From IMG/VR virus record IMGVR_UViG_3300027996_000012, positions 1-64,000 of that record: 64,000 nucleotides of DNA. One strand, written 5' to 3'. The notes below the pieces were generated by a model. That model did no database searches and had not been told where the DNA came from. It worked only from the letters and a program-made list of their open reading frames with translations. Every line of letters begins with the position of its first letter. The first letter of the stretch is position 1. Below are positions 11,701-20,128 of the stretch, in pieces. The position numbers and the translations under genes were made by a program. This DNA is from a virus (Duplodnaviria > Heunggongvirae > Uroviricota > Caudoviricetes).

Positions 11701-12994
11701 TGATGAACGCATCATCGTCAACAGTGCATATACCTACAAGGACTATTGGTCGATTGACTACGAGCGCCAATCCGCAAGGGTCTATTGGACCTCACGAGCA
11801 GATGGCCGTATCGTCTATTGTGGATACGATGGTTCCAGCCCCACTGTGCTGCAATCTGGACTCACACTCCCATCTTACATGTGTATTGATAATACGAATC
11901 GACGGATCATCTGGTGTGACAACACTGACTTCAAATACTACCGGTGTGCCTATACCGGTGGTGCTATCTCACACTTCGGTAATGGCGGTGCCTGGCCGAT
12001 TACATACTCACCTGCGAATGACTTCATGTATCTCATCTACACCAGTGGTGTGTATGGTATATCCTGTGCCACTGTGGGTCCCGTGGGAACTATTCCGCTG
12101 TTGTGGACAAGCACCGGTGGAAACCTGGATGCCATCAGCTTCAACGAGAAATGGCTGCCCTCGCGGTCTGTAGTCAAGGGTCGTATCATTGCCTTTGAGG
12201 ATGGGGGTAACGATCTCCATAAGATGGACATGCACGGTGAATACTTGGTCATGGAGACTAATAACCCTGTTCATAGTCAGGTATTCAATGCTGCTGGAAT
12301 GTTCAATGCCGCGCGGAGAATGGTGTGGGCTGAATACACAACAGGAACCATCTACAACAGGAATCCCACGGGTGCAAGTACCCTAGTCTATACGGCACCC
12401 GCAGGGGTGTATTGTCTCTGTGTTGATGAAGCCCGGTATAGGGTGTACTTCTATGTGAATGGTTATGGGATCTATTCAATGCAAGCTGGTGGTGTCGGTG
12501 GTCCGACACAGATCGTGGCGAATGGAAGCCTTAGCGGTAGTGTTCGAGGCATCTGGTATCAATCCACTGAAGACAAGATTTACATTAGCAGCAGTAGTGA
12601 CATCATCTGGAAATGTGATCGTGACGGCGGCAATTTTGCTGTATGGAAAACTGGTAGCGGAAACACCGGAGATTATCCGATCTCAATCACAGGTGATACT
12701 GTGCGGCAAAAAATCTTCTGGTCAAGCTACACGGATGCGGATATTCATGTGGCCGATACTGATGGCTCTAACCATTCGGTTCTGTGGGCTGGCTCTGGGA
12801 CGGCAGATCAGATCGGCCACATTGTCTACAATCCGGCCGATGACTACCTGTATATGGGCCACTACAACATCCACCATATTTCTCGGATGCGGTCAGATGG
12901 AGCGAATCGAGAGATCATCTATGAGTCGGCACAAACTGGTGACCGATTCAGAACTCTTGTAATTTGGAACTCAATTGGGGAGGTGTTGATATGA
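5768..12994 (+). CDS. giant tail fibre / adhesin (2408 aa) with beta-helix modules, a LamG domain (~nt 9480-10090) and tandem YWTD (LDL-receptor class B-like) beta-propeller repeats (~nt 10680-12950)
   Basis: RBS AGGAGAGGAAGC then ATG. Repeated modules include WDKGTGSITFSGTAAQ, WDAGSGTMTFNGSGAQ and WTKGTGYIYL. The motifs WSIGGWIKPAG...EWSKWQS indicate LamG. The C-terminal third has at least 12 repeats of the form (L/I/V)YW(T/S)(D/E)... (LYWTEDN, FYWVDNV, VYWTSRADGRIVYCGYDGS, IIWCDNTDFKYYRC, IFWSSYTDADIHVADTDGS). Confidence 0.85.
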   Translation: MSIKFTGTANQSVDLAGRAFADSVEVDKSAGTLTLTGDFGAASLVLTDGNWTTSTFDVTINGNVTFNITDTINMGTGSLWTIAGNFDPYFAGITFNRQTSTIKMTGSGKTWWGGNADCLYNLIWIASGASITLTNTVQVYGSASNAIRIDGTFDLAGNGCICWTAAGVAVGASGVVDSTAAGHVRFKSNSVGVTQMLGTWNARLEIQQPKSMTLVAATYGDGTATKHCEVIFTQDTDKLILPASTTIFNMDFEVENTGAFVGTIDMDTNDASLNVTGNFAVVNSGAGSIVWDKGTGSITFSGTAAQSFTCIYTIEDVIINKSSNTLTLASDMVTDSITGTTGSFNASTYDITTTTSAIFDFSTLTMGTGNTWTVGTTFDCEDCTTVTTGTATLKLTGTGTFKTGLHYVFHLWVTSTATITVDDGYGQVGAETGTPTCLIDGTMILTDWLISAWKCQMTVSATANISGVSGLFINHPHTGGGMVAYSASATVTCTNLRFHYPMGTAVLIPADYSSITLTDVYVGNATAREIKLNSGTYSFFSLYFRETSSGTLHVNNVNNPDINVGRHFLVDGNGLTYTAGTGTITMDGSADQGYFSTSTHQIEDTVFAKTGGKVVYIWDDSTVGGNLDINGCVADFNNAKKSLTVWGDVTINATGTLLMGDATSYFNVYGNFDNSNSLTANITRNTGVLVMKGSGKTLQTEAVGGVGNYITSITIDTGASITQVNDTVRVYDGNLKVYGTLTLSTYLIPYYSAKTYLYSTGVINGAGYLYPYLPRNGCGILLLDGSLACANVYVNFHPTYPTAVFVAGDYTGLSGKFYFRSTYTSSDPTVYWTPSAGTYQFKNVEFRTYTGDGTFTIEGDTGNPNYEISGDFLVQNLAGGTVTWDAGSGTMTFNGSGAQTLTCPANMTYEAGRVDKSGGTLTAVCTNLGFANTFNLVNGSYSQTGGNLWTTHMTLAGSGTFTQNSSVYLTGNYHDSAHTGTQTMNAVQMYGAGATMTFRAPNSTIANLYIGNVYGVASTTMIAGHLYVGTALIVDGNGSSLTINAGKGFSMLNGSTLDLNTGGTITGAGYLHFWSAAGISDIGGTLSIATVRCYSTLAGAVFVPGTYECGEFIIISNGGGAHTFPFRAGDYVFSNGSLQFEAYGTASNTLTIDCTTYQPVTIDVAGDLIWDTLAGSNVNIVVNCSSRDVRWHIGGDVVDAKSGSGTVTWTKGTGYIYLDTDDNDSGTVDFLNQQTDTVIQGEWPSYYFNGTSAEFELDDPLPFPGGSSTAKWSIGGWIKPAGKLNAFDYEVIFATAVGNSNWINANNSLCLLMYQYDHATYPGKLRFAMKDGAGATMDFASTATFLFSTGNDRWRHIQVQRNNNNIYLYIDGVLDSTVSCAAVGAIDTSDHFSLGNFVGTTAAYWFHGYMREWSKWQSGKNSSPHDDSISIIHGGRENMDWSLILDSDDEWYNGLNTTNTNCVLDTGDDKDVALTGPIRPANYYGRYGTFDPNGQTINSPGVVALGNKDVYGTLDLMDGCTITCDTFYVGGIEMDGFKCLAQSAWYLNVTTTGYFFDSQIAYCDASSSTVVPTANPICIDRGNNIGIDFIDPQIYLLDNGLTAWASGWWATNHGGAHTRFLARTQQNGVWGCSVQQSGNHIYWASTVHNAISRASLDGQDFEYIKTGIPTPYVITVCAEHGYIWYSDYVGYTVERVDLDGTNQTSMGTASLPSGLAVDPINKKLYVAEKGNDIIYSMNFDGTSKTAVHTLAALSEPRKLTIDYINGMLYWTEDNSFGSGNRIRSGTTGGASLTTIYTGYVTDIEWSHQQNRLYMSDDQGYCWRMYGDGTNLQTVVDESATTRPFYGVGVLDGIGGGGSPGTCPDGHDDRLFVVDTGTTDGIRMQDRAWGTPADYMTGRGIAASDCKVDDINGWFYWVDNVVNAIMRCRLNGTRPEMIIDNRLDGTNTVKWICLAPDKGYLFYVKTPDNQLRRCNLDGSDERIIVNSAYTYKDYWSIDYERQSARVYWTSRADGRIVYCGYDGSSPTVLQSGLTLPSYMCIDNTNRRIIWCDNTDFKYYRCAYTGGAISHFGNGGAWPITYSPANDFMYLIYTSGVYGISCATVGPVGTIPLLWTSTGGNLDAISFNEKWLPSRSVVKGRIIAFEDGGNDLHKMDMHGEYLVMETNNPVHSQVFNAAGMFNAARRMVWAEYTTGTIYNRNPTGASTLVYTAPAGVYCLCVDEARYRVYFYVNGYGIYSMQAGGVGGPTQIVANGSLSGSVRGIWYQSTEDKIYISSSSDIIWKCDRDGGNFAVWKTGSGNTGDYPISITGDTVRQKIFWSSYTDADIHVADTDGSNHSVLWAGSGTADQIGHIVYNPADDYLYMGHYNIHHISRMRSDGANREIIYESAQTGDRFRTLVIWNSIGEVLI

Positions 12995-13377
12995 TAACCA
13001 TGGAAGCTCCGTACCCCAGTATTCAAACAACGTCAGTCTTCCCGAATCCCCAGCTTGGGGACAGCGAGGAACTCACTGATGAGGTTATCACCAAGCGTGC
13101 CATGGACGGGACGCTATATACCTACGTGAAGACCAAGGGTCTCCGAAGACGTTTGGTTTGGGAACTCTCAATGAGTCGAATGAAGGCTCTTGAGTTGCGA
13201 AACTTTGTCCGCTCTTATTTTGCTTCCAAAATGCGGATAACTGACCATCTTGACCGCGTCTGGGTTGGGCATCTCGTAAATGACCCATTTGAGTTCACGA
13301 CACCTGCGCGTGCTGAATTCTTCCCTGGTCACGAGCGTCAGACGATTCAAATCGAGTTTGAAGGGATCATGCAATGA
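12991..13377 (+). CDS. hypothetical protein (128 aa), probably tail-associated
   Basis: ATG at 12991 overlaps the fibre stop (ATGA) and is preceded by GGGGAGG. It lies between the fibre and the large structural gene. Confidence 0.55.
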   Translation: MITMEAPYPSIQTTSVFPNPQLGDSEELTDEVITKRAMDGTLYTYVKTKGLRRRLVWELSMSRMKALELRNFVRSYFASKMRITDHLDRVWVGHLVNDPFEFTTPARAEFFPGHERQTIQIEFEGIMQ

Positions 13378-16241
13378 GAAATCTTTCAGCCGCTGCCATC
13401 AATGCTGTCCGTACACGTTTAGGTACTGAACCTATTGTGATTATCAAAATCGCTTGGGATGCCGAAAATGAACATATGACGAACATGTATGCTGATCGAG
13501 ATATCGGAACCATCCCCGGTAAGATTCTCGATGTCAGCACCATAGACAACGTGATCAGCATTGACCAAAGTGAAGACTCAGCGGAGATGGACATAACCCT
13601 TGATGATACAGACGGTAGCATCAAGGCTATCATGAACGAGCACGATATTCATAAGCGGGATGTGTGGGTGTATCACTGGTTTGAAGGACTTGATCTAGCA
13701 GACAAGTTCCTTCTCATTCGCGGGAAGATTAGTTCACCAGTGAGTTGGAATGAAGGGGAACGGTCTGTTTCGTTTAGTGTTGTGACCCAGATTGAGGACA
13801 AAGAGGTGGGGTTCTCGCCCGAGGAGGGGCAGTTCCCCTTTGTCCCAAAGGACATGGTTGGCACGACATGGCCTTCCATCTTTGGTACGCCGTATGATGT
13901 CCCGGCGGTACAATGTAATCGAGCCTTGACTGGAACAACACTGTGCCCCGTCAGTATCCTGACTGGGGTATCAGCGCACCTCAATGCTGGTTGGGGTTCC
14001 AACCCACCTGATTTTCGACAGGCCCAGCAATCGCGTCAACACTACGACTACATGTTTGCAGACTGGTATGGTGTGGATGACGATGAGGCTAGTAAAGCCT
14101 TGGACCAAGTTAATGAGATCTCTAACCAAATAGTCAAAACTGCGGAAGACTGGTACCGGTCACAGATGTGTGCATTAGAACAACGTTACGAGACAGTCAA
14201 TGCTGCTTTGGCAAAGGGGTCCGGTTGTAATCCAATACACATCCTTGGCGGTGAAGACTTTCCGAGGGGTGGGCTTACGCTACAGATTGGTGGTGGTATC
14301 TTTGTGGGTCATTTTGGAGAAGAAAATACCGAATTTGATGACAAATTCTATGTCACAAATAAATGGCACGCACCCTCCGAATCGGCCTCCAGTAGTGCAT
14401 CACAGGACAGGGACTCTCTTTGGTGTAAGACGCCGCCCAAGCCAGCCAACATTGTAAAGTTGGAAGGTAAGATACCCTGTGTAGGGTCTCTGAGCAAACC
14501 ACCATCGGATCTCACATCAGGTAAATTTATGATTGCGGGTGATTGCGTAAGACGCACCATCCGGATCTACTGGTACAACGACCCTGAAGAGGATACGCCT
14601 GATAGCGATGTGCTACAGCATTTTTGGGGTGACGCGGGCTCACAAGTCAGTATTGTTGGTGACGAACCAATTACCTACATAGTGAGTATTGTCCCCGGTA
14701 CTGTGCTAACCGTGAAGGCATTCAAAGATTTCCATGGTATCAAGATACTTTCTACGGTGCCTACCGAACTCTATGAGGTGAAAAATGTGTCATACGGGCC
14801 AATTGACACCGTACAAGTTGTCCTTACCAATACCTTGAGTCTCATGGAAGATGAAAACTGGAGCGACGATTTGTATGTGACATTCGAGTCGGATGTTGGC
14901 CCCAATATCTGTGACATTCTGATATACCTCATTGATGTGTACTCGGATATGACCTACGATCCTGTGAGTTTTGCTGAGGTTGGTGAAAAACTAGATATCT
15001 TCCCCGCCAACTTTGCGCTGTTAGAACGAAAGAATCTGGTCTCAGTTCTCAATGAAATTGCTTTTCAAGCTCGGTGCAGTCTTCGATTGATTGATGGGGT
15101 CTTCTATATACGATACCTTGCTGAAGAACCCACTGCTGTGGACACCATCACTGAGCAGGACATTGAAACCAATACCATTTCAATGGAACTCACGTCTACA
15201 GAAAATCTGGTGACAAAATACACGGCGACTTGGCGACTTAGTTATGCCCAGCCAGAACTCAACAAACTCATCCTACGTCACAATATCCGGAAGTATGGGA
15301 TTCAGGAGGAGGAGTATGAATACTACATCTATCACCATCCAGATACCATTTACAAGATTGCCACCTTCTGGTTGATCAGGAAATCAAATACATGGAAACG
15401 TTTGTCATTCAAGACATTTCTCAACAAGATGAACCTGGAAGCCTTTGATGCTGTGACACTGAGCTTTCAGTCGCCCTATATCGCTAACGGCGATATCAAA
15501 GCCACTGTTGAAGTCGCTGACCTAGAAACCTCGGACCAAAGCATGTCTTTGAATTGCTGGCTGCCCGTGAAATCAGGTGAAATGGAAGCATACGATTTTG
15601 CCTGGCCAGCTAATGTCAATCCAGAATGGGTCTTCCCGACCAGTAGAGAAATTGATTTGGGTCTGGCCGGTGGAGACGGTCCAGGTGCTCAAGCCACTGG
15701 TGACCTCCCTGTCGGTTATTATGAGTCACTCATAGGCGAGGGTGTAGTGTATGTTGGTGGCCCAGCTATCGGACTCTCATCACATGGAGACTATGGTGAC
15801 CGAAGTCCCTCAGATTGGAAAACTTTGGGACAGAAATGGTCGCCACAACCTGTGGGGAAATTCAGGCCGGTGTATCCTGAATTCCAATCTAAACCAGTGG
15901 TAAACACACGGATGTCAGGGCGGGTTCAAATTCCTGATCCTGAAATTCCGACGATAGAAACAACAGAACCTACTACCTTGTATATAGAAAATACGAGGAT
16001 CAGGACAACTGAGAAGGATGGTGAAGAAAACTGGGCTTCACTTGAAGACGTGTTCCGGTTGTTACCGGCCGAGAAGGATGTTCAAGACCGCGAGCTACAA
16101 CTGGTTATTTCCGACGAAGCTTATGTTGGTGGAGAAGAAGACGATGAGGAAAAACCCACCAAGCAATTCGATTTCCAGTATGATGACGAAGGTGAACTGT
16201 GGGGTTGCGGAACCTGTTACTTGCAAGCAGGAGAAGAATGA
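13374..16241 (+). CDS. putative tail/baseplate structural protein (955 aa)
   Basis: Long ORF, translationally coupled (ATGA). Its position directly after the fibres is the only basis for the call, as no catalytic motif was recognised. Confidence 0.5.
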   Translation: MRNLSAAAINAVRTRLGTEPIVIIKIAWDAENEHMTNMYADRDIGTIPGKILDVSTIDNVISIDQSEDSAEMDITLDDTDGSIKAIMNEHDIHKRDVWVYHWFEGLDLADKFLLIRGKISSPVSWNEGERSVSFSVVTQIEDKEVGFSPEEGQFPFVPKDMVGTTWPSIFGTPYDVPAVQCNRALTGTTLCPVSILTGVSAHLNAGWGSNPPDFRQAQQSRQHYDYMFADWYGVDDDEASKALDQVNEISNQIVKTAEDWYRSQMCALEQRYETVNAALAKGSGCNPIHILGGEDFPRGGLTLQIGGGIFVGHFGEENTEFDDKFYVTNKWHAPSESASSSASQDRDSLWCKTPPKPANIVKLEGKIPCVGSLSKPPSDLTSGKFMIAGDCVRRTIRIYWYNDPEEDTPDSDVLQHFWGDAGSQVSIVGDEPITYIVSIVPGTVLTVKAFKDFHGIKILSTVPTELYEVKNVSYGPIDTVQVVLTNTLSLMEDENWSDDLYVTFESDVGPNICDILIYLIDVYSDMTYDPVSFAEVGEKLDIFPANFALLERKNLVSVLNEIAFQARCSLRLIDGVFYIRYLAEEPTAVDTITEQDIETNTISMELTSTENLVTKYTATWRLSYAQPELNKLILRHNIRKYGIQEEEYEYYIYHHPDTIYKIATFWLIRKSNTWKRLSFKTFLNKMNLEAFDAVTLSFQSPYIANGDIKATVEVADLETSDQSMSLNCWLPVKSGEMEAYDFAWPANVNPEWVFPTSREIDLGLAGGDGPGAQATGDLPVGYYESLIGEGVVYVGGPAIGLSSHGDYGDRSPSDWKTLGQKWSPQPVGKFRPVYPEFQSKPVVNTRMSGRVQIPDPEIPTIETTEPTTLYIENTRIRTTEKDGEENWASLEDVFRLLPAEKDVQDRELQLVISDEAYVGGEEDDEEKPTKQFDFQYDDEGELWGCGTCYLQAGEE

Positions 16242-16807
16242 TGGAATTTCTCAACTGGATCAATGACATTATCTCCTCGTTGCTCAGCTTCATACCGCGC
16301 CCGATTATCGTGCGGGCGACTCATGGCGGTGTAAAATGGCCGTGGGGTAAGACAGCCAAGGAAATGTGCCCTGGGTTTCATTGGTACTGGCCTTTTTCAA
16401 CAGAGTTTGAGGTGATCCCTATCGCTCGACAGACGCTCAATCTCAAAACACAAGCCTTGATGACAAAAGACAAACAACAGGTCGTCGTTGGCGCACTTGT
16501 CGTGTACACCATTAACGACGTAGTGCGAGCTATCGGCAAGCGGAACTTTGACATAGATGCGACGGTCTATGACATCACACAAGCCGCGATAGTCGAAGCA
16601 GTGACTAAATGGACTCTCGACGACCTGTTATCTAACATCGCTGATAAGGTGGAAACGCAACTAACCCGCACGGTGCAGAAAAGACTGCGCCAGTTCGGTG
16701 TGCGTGTTCAGCGGACAGCCTTGACTGACTTCTCAACGGCGGTTGTCTACAAGATTCTCAGTGACGGCCTGCCACAGATGCCCCCGCCCGTGGCAGAGGA
16801 GGAATAA
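16241..16807 (+). CDS. SPFH/band-7 (prohibitin/stomatin-like) domain protein
   Basis: The stretch VRATHGGVKWPWGKTAKEMCPGFHWYWPFSTEFEVIPIARQTLNLKTQALMTKDKQQVVVGALVVYTINDVVRA follows the SPFH core pattern. The ATG overlaps the preceding stop. Confidence 0.5.
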   Translation: MEFLNWINDIISSLLSFIPRPIIVRATHGGVKWPWGKTAKEMCPGFHWYWPFSTEFEVIPIARQTLNLKTQALMTKDKQQVVVGALVVYTINDVVRAIGKRNFDIDATVYDITQAAIVEAVTKWTLDDLLSNIADKVETQLTRTVQKRLRQFGVRVQRTALTDFSTAVVYKILSDGLPQMPPPVAEEE

Positions 16808-16809
16808 CC

Positions 16810-18432
16810 ATGCCTAGACAAGAAGGTGACGACCGATGGGCCGAGGATGATCTGTTTACCCATGCGGATTGGTGTGACATCATTAACCGAGTCAATGACC
16901 TTATTGAAAGCGGTGGTGGCGAACCCACAGAACCAGAGGGTGGCGGTGAAGGCGGGGGCGGTGAAGAGGGTGGTGACGAATTCGCCTGCCCCACCTTGGA
17001 ACTGTTAGAGTGTCCAGAGAAGCCACATATTTGGTCCAAGAAAGACATCGAAGAAGTTCAAGACAAGCTGGAGGAAGTCTGTGACGAAAATGAAGACACT
17101 TGGACTGAACTCGAAGATATCCCTGATCCAGGGCAGTTGTGGTTGGCTACAGTTCTGAATGAAATCGAGGAGGCTATTGAAGACGGTTGGTGCAACTGTT
17201 GTTGGGATTGTCCCGAAGCTATCCGACATTGTATTGGTGGCGGCAAGATAGCACCCGACCCATCATATACCACCATTGGGCATTTTGTTCCATCCGAGCC
17301 ACAGATTGGTTACACCACCGACATAAATGATGTATCTCGTGTATCGACCACAAAAATCATGCTCCATACCACCGTTACTACTTGGACCAATACATACATC
17401 AATGGGGCTGACATCGACGGTCAGAATGATGCCCGAACGGCATTGCGGCAGGATATGTATGCGACATATACCGAATGCCGGGAAGCCGAAGAAAAGTGGG
17501 ACTTGCATCGCACGATGCAACAAGTCTGGCAAATGGCAAAGGATCAAGTCGATGAGGAGCTAGAACGCGCCGAAGAGGTTCTCGAAGACCTTCGTGATAT
17601 GAAGGATGAGATTTGTGCCGAAGCTCAAGAAGACCCCAGTCGTCAAGGTGCCTGTGACAACATGGATGACCTCATCAGTGATCAGGAAGAAGACATCGAA
17701 GAACTCGAAGATAACAAAGAACAGATTTATGACGAGTATGATCGGCACGAAGAGGAAGCCGACGAAGCCTGGGCTACGATTGAGAGAGCCACGTCAGAAA
17801 ATGACACCCAGAGGTCAAGTTGGCCGGGGCTTCCAGGCTTTGTGCAACTTAACGGCTCTATCCCGGACAAAGATTTAGGAGAAAACCCTGGTGGGGACTG
17901 GACCCCTGATCTTGTTCGGTGGGATAATGAGAGATGGTATTCCAGTCCCAGTTACTGCAAGGGTTCAGGGCCACAAACTTCAGAAGAGTGGCTCGAACAT
18001 ATCGGAACCGATGATGATTATTGTTGGGAACCACACGCTGCTCAGTGTCTTAGTTATGGCTGGAAGCGAGGTTACGAAACGGATCACTACATCCAAAATT
18101 ATGCCAGCCACACCGTGGAGGGTTGGCATGATTCAACGAGTACACGATATGCCTATAATGGTAGGGTGCTTAGTAGTGGTCCGTTTGTTTGGGGTGCCGA
18201 TGATTATCACAAGTACAAGCACCAGGCAATCTATCTAGGTGGGGTCATGACCTGGGAACATGAATATGATTACCATCAGAACTATTTTGGTGGGCCAGGT
18301 AGTGGATGTAGCCAAGGTGGCTGGGGTGTCGAAGAATACACCTGGGGATATTATGAATGGTGTGGCATCGTAGCCCATTGTCCGTATGATGACGATGGGA
18401 ACGTATATCCGCCACCAGGGAGTTGTGGATAA
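16810..18432 (+). CDS. acidic, Gly/Glu- and Cys-rich hypothetical protein (540 aa)
   Basis: RBS GGAGGAATAACC then ATG. It contains a GGGEPTEPEGGGEGGGGEEGGDE low-complexity tract and an acidic coiled-coil-like middle region. Confidence 0.6.
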   Translation: MPRQEGDDRWAEDDLFTHADWCDIINRVNDLIESGGGEPTEPEGGGEGGGGEEGGDEFACPTLELLECPEKPHIWSKKDIEEVQDKLEEVCDENEDTWTELEDIPDPGQLWLATVLNEIEEAIEDGWCNCCWDCPEAIRHCIGGGKIAPDPSYTTIGHFVPSEPQIGYTTDINDVSRVSTTKIMLHTTVTTWTNTYINGADIDGQNDARTALRQDMYATYTECREAEEKWDLHRTMQQVWQMAKDQVDEELERAEEVLEDLRDMKDEICAEAQEDPSRQGACDNMDDLISDQEEDIEELEDNKEQIYDEYDRHEEEADEAWATIERATSENDTQRSSWPGLPGFVQLNGSIPDKDLGENPGGDWTPDLVRWDNERWYSSPSYCKGSGPQTSEEWLEHIGTDDDYCWEPHAAQCLSYGWKRGYETDHYIQNYASHTVEGWHDSTSTRYAYNGRVLSSGPFVWGADDYHKYKHQAIYLGGVMTWEHEYDYHQNYFGGPGSGCSQGGWGVEEYTWGYYEWCGIVAHCPYDDDGNVYPPPGSCG

Positions 18433-18875
18433 TGAAAAGTGGACCCCGACAAAAACGCCAACTGCAACGACTTGCTGAAGCAAGGAAGCTATTGAAGAAG
18501 CCGCCGAAGCCGAAGCCCAAACGGAAGCCAAAGCAGAAGCCAAAGCAGAAGCCAAAGCCTCACACAGAAGTGACAGCCATGACAATCTCACGACCACGTA
18601 TCATGCGGGACGGCTCGCTGATCTATCCAAAGAAGGGATGGGAACCACCGCCCGTACCGGATGGCTTTACTCGCAAAACCACCAACCTGAGAAGCTCGGA
18701 TGCTTGGGTATTCCTACCCAAATTCAAGACATGCGAGCATCGTGTTTTCAAAGAGGGTCACAAACAGAGTTGTGGCTGTATATCGCTGCTGTTACATTGC
18801 AACAAATCAGGGAAGTTGGTGCAAATCACTGAGGGGCAGTGCATGAAGTGTTATTCAGACCAGGGGATAGAATAA
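18432..18875 (+). CDS. basic Lys/Pro-repeat protein (KPKQ tandem repeats) with a Cys-rich C-terminus
   Basis: PKPKPKRKPKQKPKQKPKPH is encoded by 12-bp tandem DNA repeats near 18500-18560. The ATG overlaps the previous stop (TAATG). Confidence 0.55.
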   Translation: MKSGPRQKRQLQRLAEARKLLKKPPKPKPKRKPKQKPKQKPKPHTEVTAMTISRPRIMRDGSLIYPKKGWEPPPVPDGFTRKTTNLRSSDAWVFLPKFKTCEHRVFKEGHKQSCGCISLLLHCNKSGKLVQITEGQCMKCYSDQGIE

Positions 18876-19483
18876 CAGTTTGCGATAGATCTGAGCTTCC
18901 GCACGAGCGTCACATAGAGCATCATGTGGCCGTTCGTTTATCACACCAAGATGCTCACATAACGACTTGAGACTCACTGAGGCCCAGGGTCGTTTCTGAC
19001 ACTGGAAGACATACCGATCATTGATCGAGATCGCCAGTTGCATTGAATCCCTGGGATGGACATGGAACATGTCTTCACAGGCATCAATACCCAGCCATGC
19101 CATCAAGAAGCTTCTCTCGAAGGCCCAGTTGTGTGCCAACGGCACAATCCGTTTGTTAAGTGGTAGCTCCAGTCGTTGGAACCATTCCTCAAACATATCG
19201 GCGGCTTTGAATTGATCAGGTGCATACTGGCAGATGTGAGCCAGGTCTAGGCCATGGATCTTGGTGGCCTCCCGCTCGGCCCGCAACGGATAGTCTGGAG
19301 CAACCTCTGTGTAGAACGGGAGAATCTCTGGAATGACCTGAAAATCATTGTCCAGAGGTTGTACCCCAATCTGAATTATCTCGTGGTGGCCAAACCTGCG
19401 CCCCGTGGTTTCCACGTCAATAGCACACATCAGATTCCCCATCAGGTGGGAGATGGCCGAGTGTAGGTTAATCTTCGCCATCG
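18855..19483 (-). CDS. DnaQ-like 3'-5' exonuclease (DEDD family)
   Basis: The exo I motif AIDVETTG is followed by HEIIQIGV. The start MAKIN is preceded by the RBS GAAGGAGACAGCG. Confidence 0.8.
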
Positions 19484-19923
19484 CTGTCTCCTTCTTTCCA
19501 ATCTTCTCCCTCGTCTTCCCAATCAGCCTTCTTGTGGCCTTTTGGCTTGTCGTTGTAGCCATGGCCCAGATCCACATCGTTCCCGGCATCCAAGCTCGTA
19601 GGAGGCCGTTTAGGGGGTCGTTGCTTCTTAGGTGTTGCTTTACGTCCCGGCCCTTGAAGGCCCTCCAGCGGCTTCTCTGGGCTCCCTGTGGTCGCTTTCA
19701 TGTACCCACCGGAGCACAATTGCAACCAGGCTGTGGGATTGGGGTCTGTGGGATCAAATCCCCGTGTCCGGCACCAATCATGGTAGATCGTGAGAAGCTT
19801 GGTTGCATTGTATTGACCCCCTATAATGAGGGGGTCTTGCAACTTCGTCAAATGGGTCAAGAAGTCACCGAGTGCCCCGGCGATCAACCGGCGTGCTTGA
19901 TTCGAGTCAGCTTGGGTCGCCAT
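19468..19923 (-). CDS. hypothetical protein with a basic/acidic C-terminal tail
   Basis: ORF in an operon context on the minus strand, with no recognised motif. Confidence 0.45.
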   Translation of the reverse strand: MATQADSNQARRLIAGALGDFLTHLTKLQDPLIIGGQYNATKLLTIYHDWCRTRGFDPTDPNPTAWLQLCSGGYMKATTGSPEKPLEGLQGPGRKATPKKQRPPKRPPTSLDAGNDVDLGHGYNDKPKGHKKADWEDEGEDWKEGDSDGED

Positions 19924-20128
19924 CGTCTATCTCTCCTCGAAATAGGGTTCCGTCTACTGTTTTGGTAACAGAGCAACCTGGCGGCACCGGGTGGTAGCCG
20001 CCGAAAAAATTCTTGATTGGCCATTCATCCAGCCATGCTTCATTGACCTGGAAGACCGTTCGATCCCCACGTTGGATGATGGTTGAAGCTGTCACTGTCA
20101 TGTGGCCTAACAACATGTAGTCTTCCAA
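19907..20128 (-). CDS. hypothetical protein (73 aa)
   Basis: Small ORF filling the gap between two minus-strand genes. Confidence 0.3.
   Translation of the reverse strand: MEDYMLLGHMTVTASTIIQRGDRTVFQVNEAWLDEWPIKNFFGGYHPVPPGCSVTKTVDGTLFRGEIDDGDPS

Noticed and set aside
174-12509. Many 60-160 aa ORFs on the minus strand, and in alternative plus frames, inside the three fibre genes (e.g. 40-615-, 1309-1788-, 2697-3176-, 9701-10066-, 10094-10546-)
   Set aside because: They lie entirely within long, repeat-rich, clearly coding plus-strand genes. Their amino-acid composition is odd and they have no RBS. They are expected artefacts of six-frame translation of G/T-rich beta-helix DNA.
18235-18597. 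120-aa minus-strand ORF with an ASALASALAS repeat
   Set aside because: It is the antisense translation of the acidic and KPKQ-repeat region of real plus-strand genes, a low-complexity artefact.
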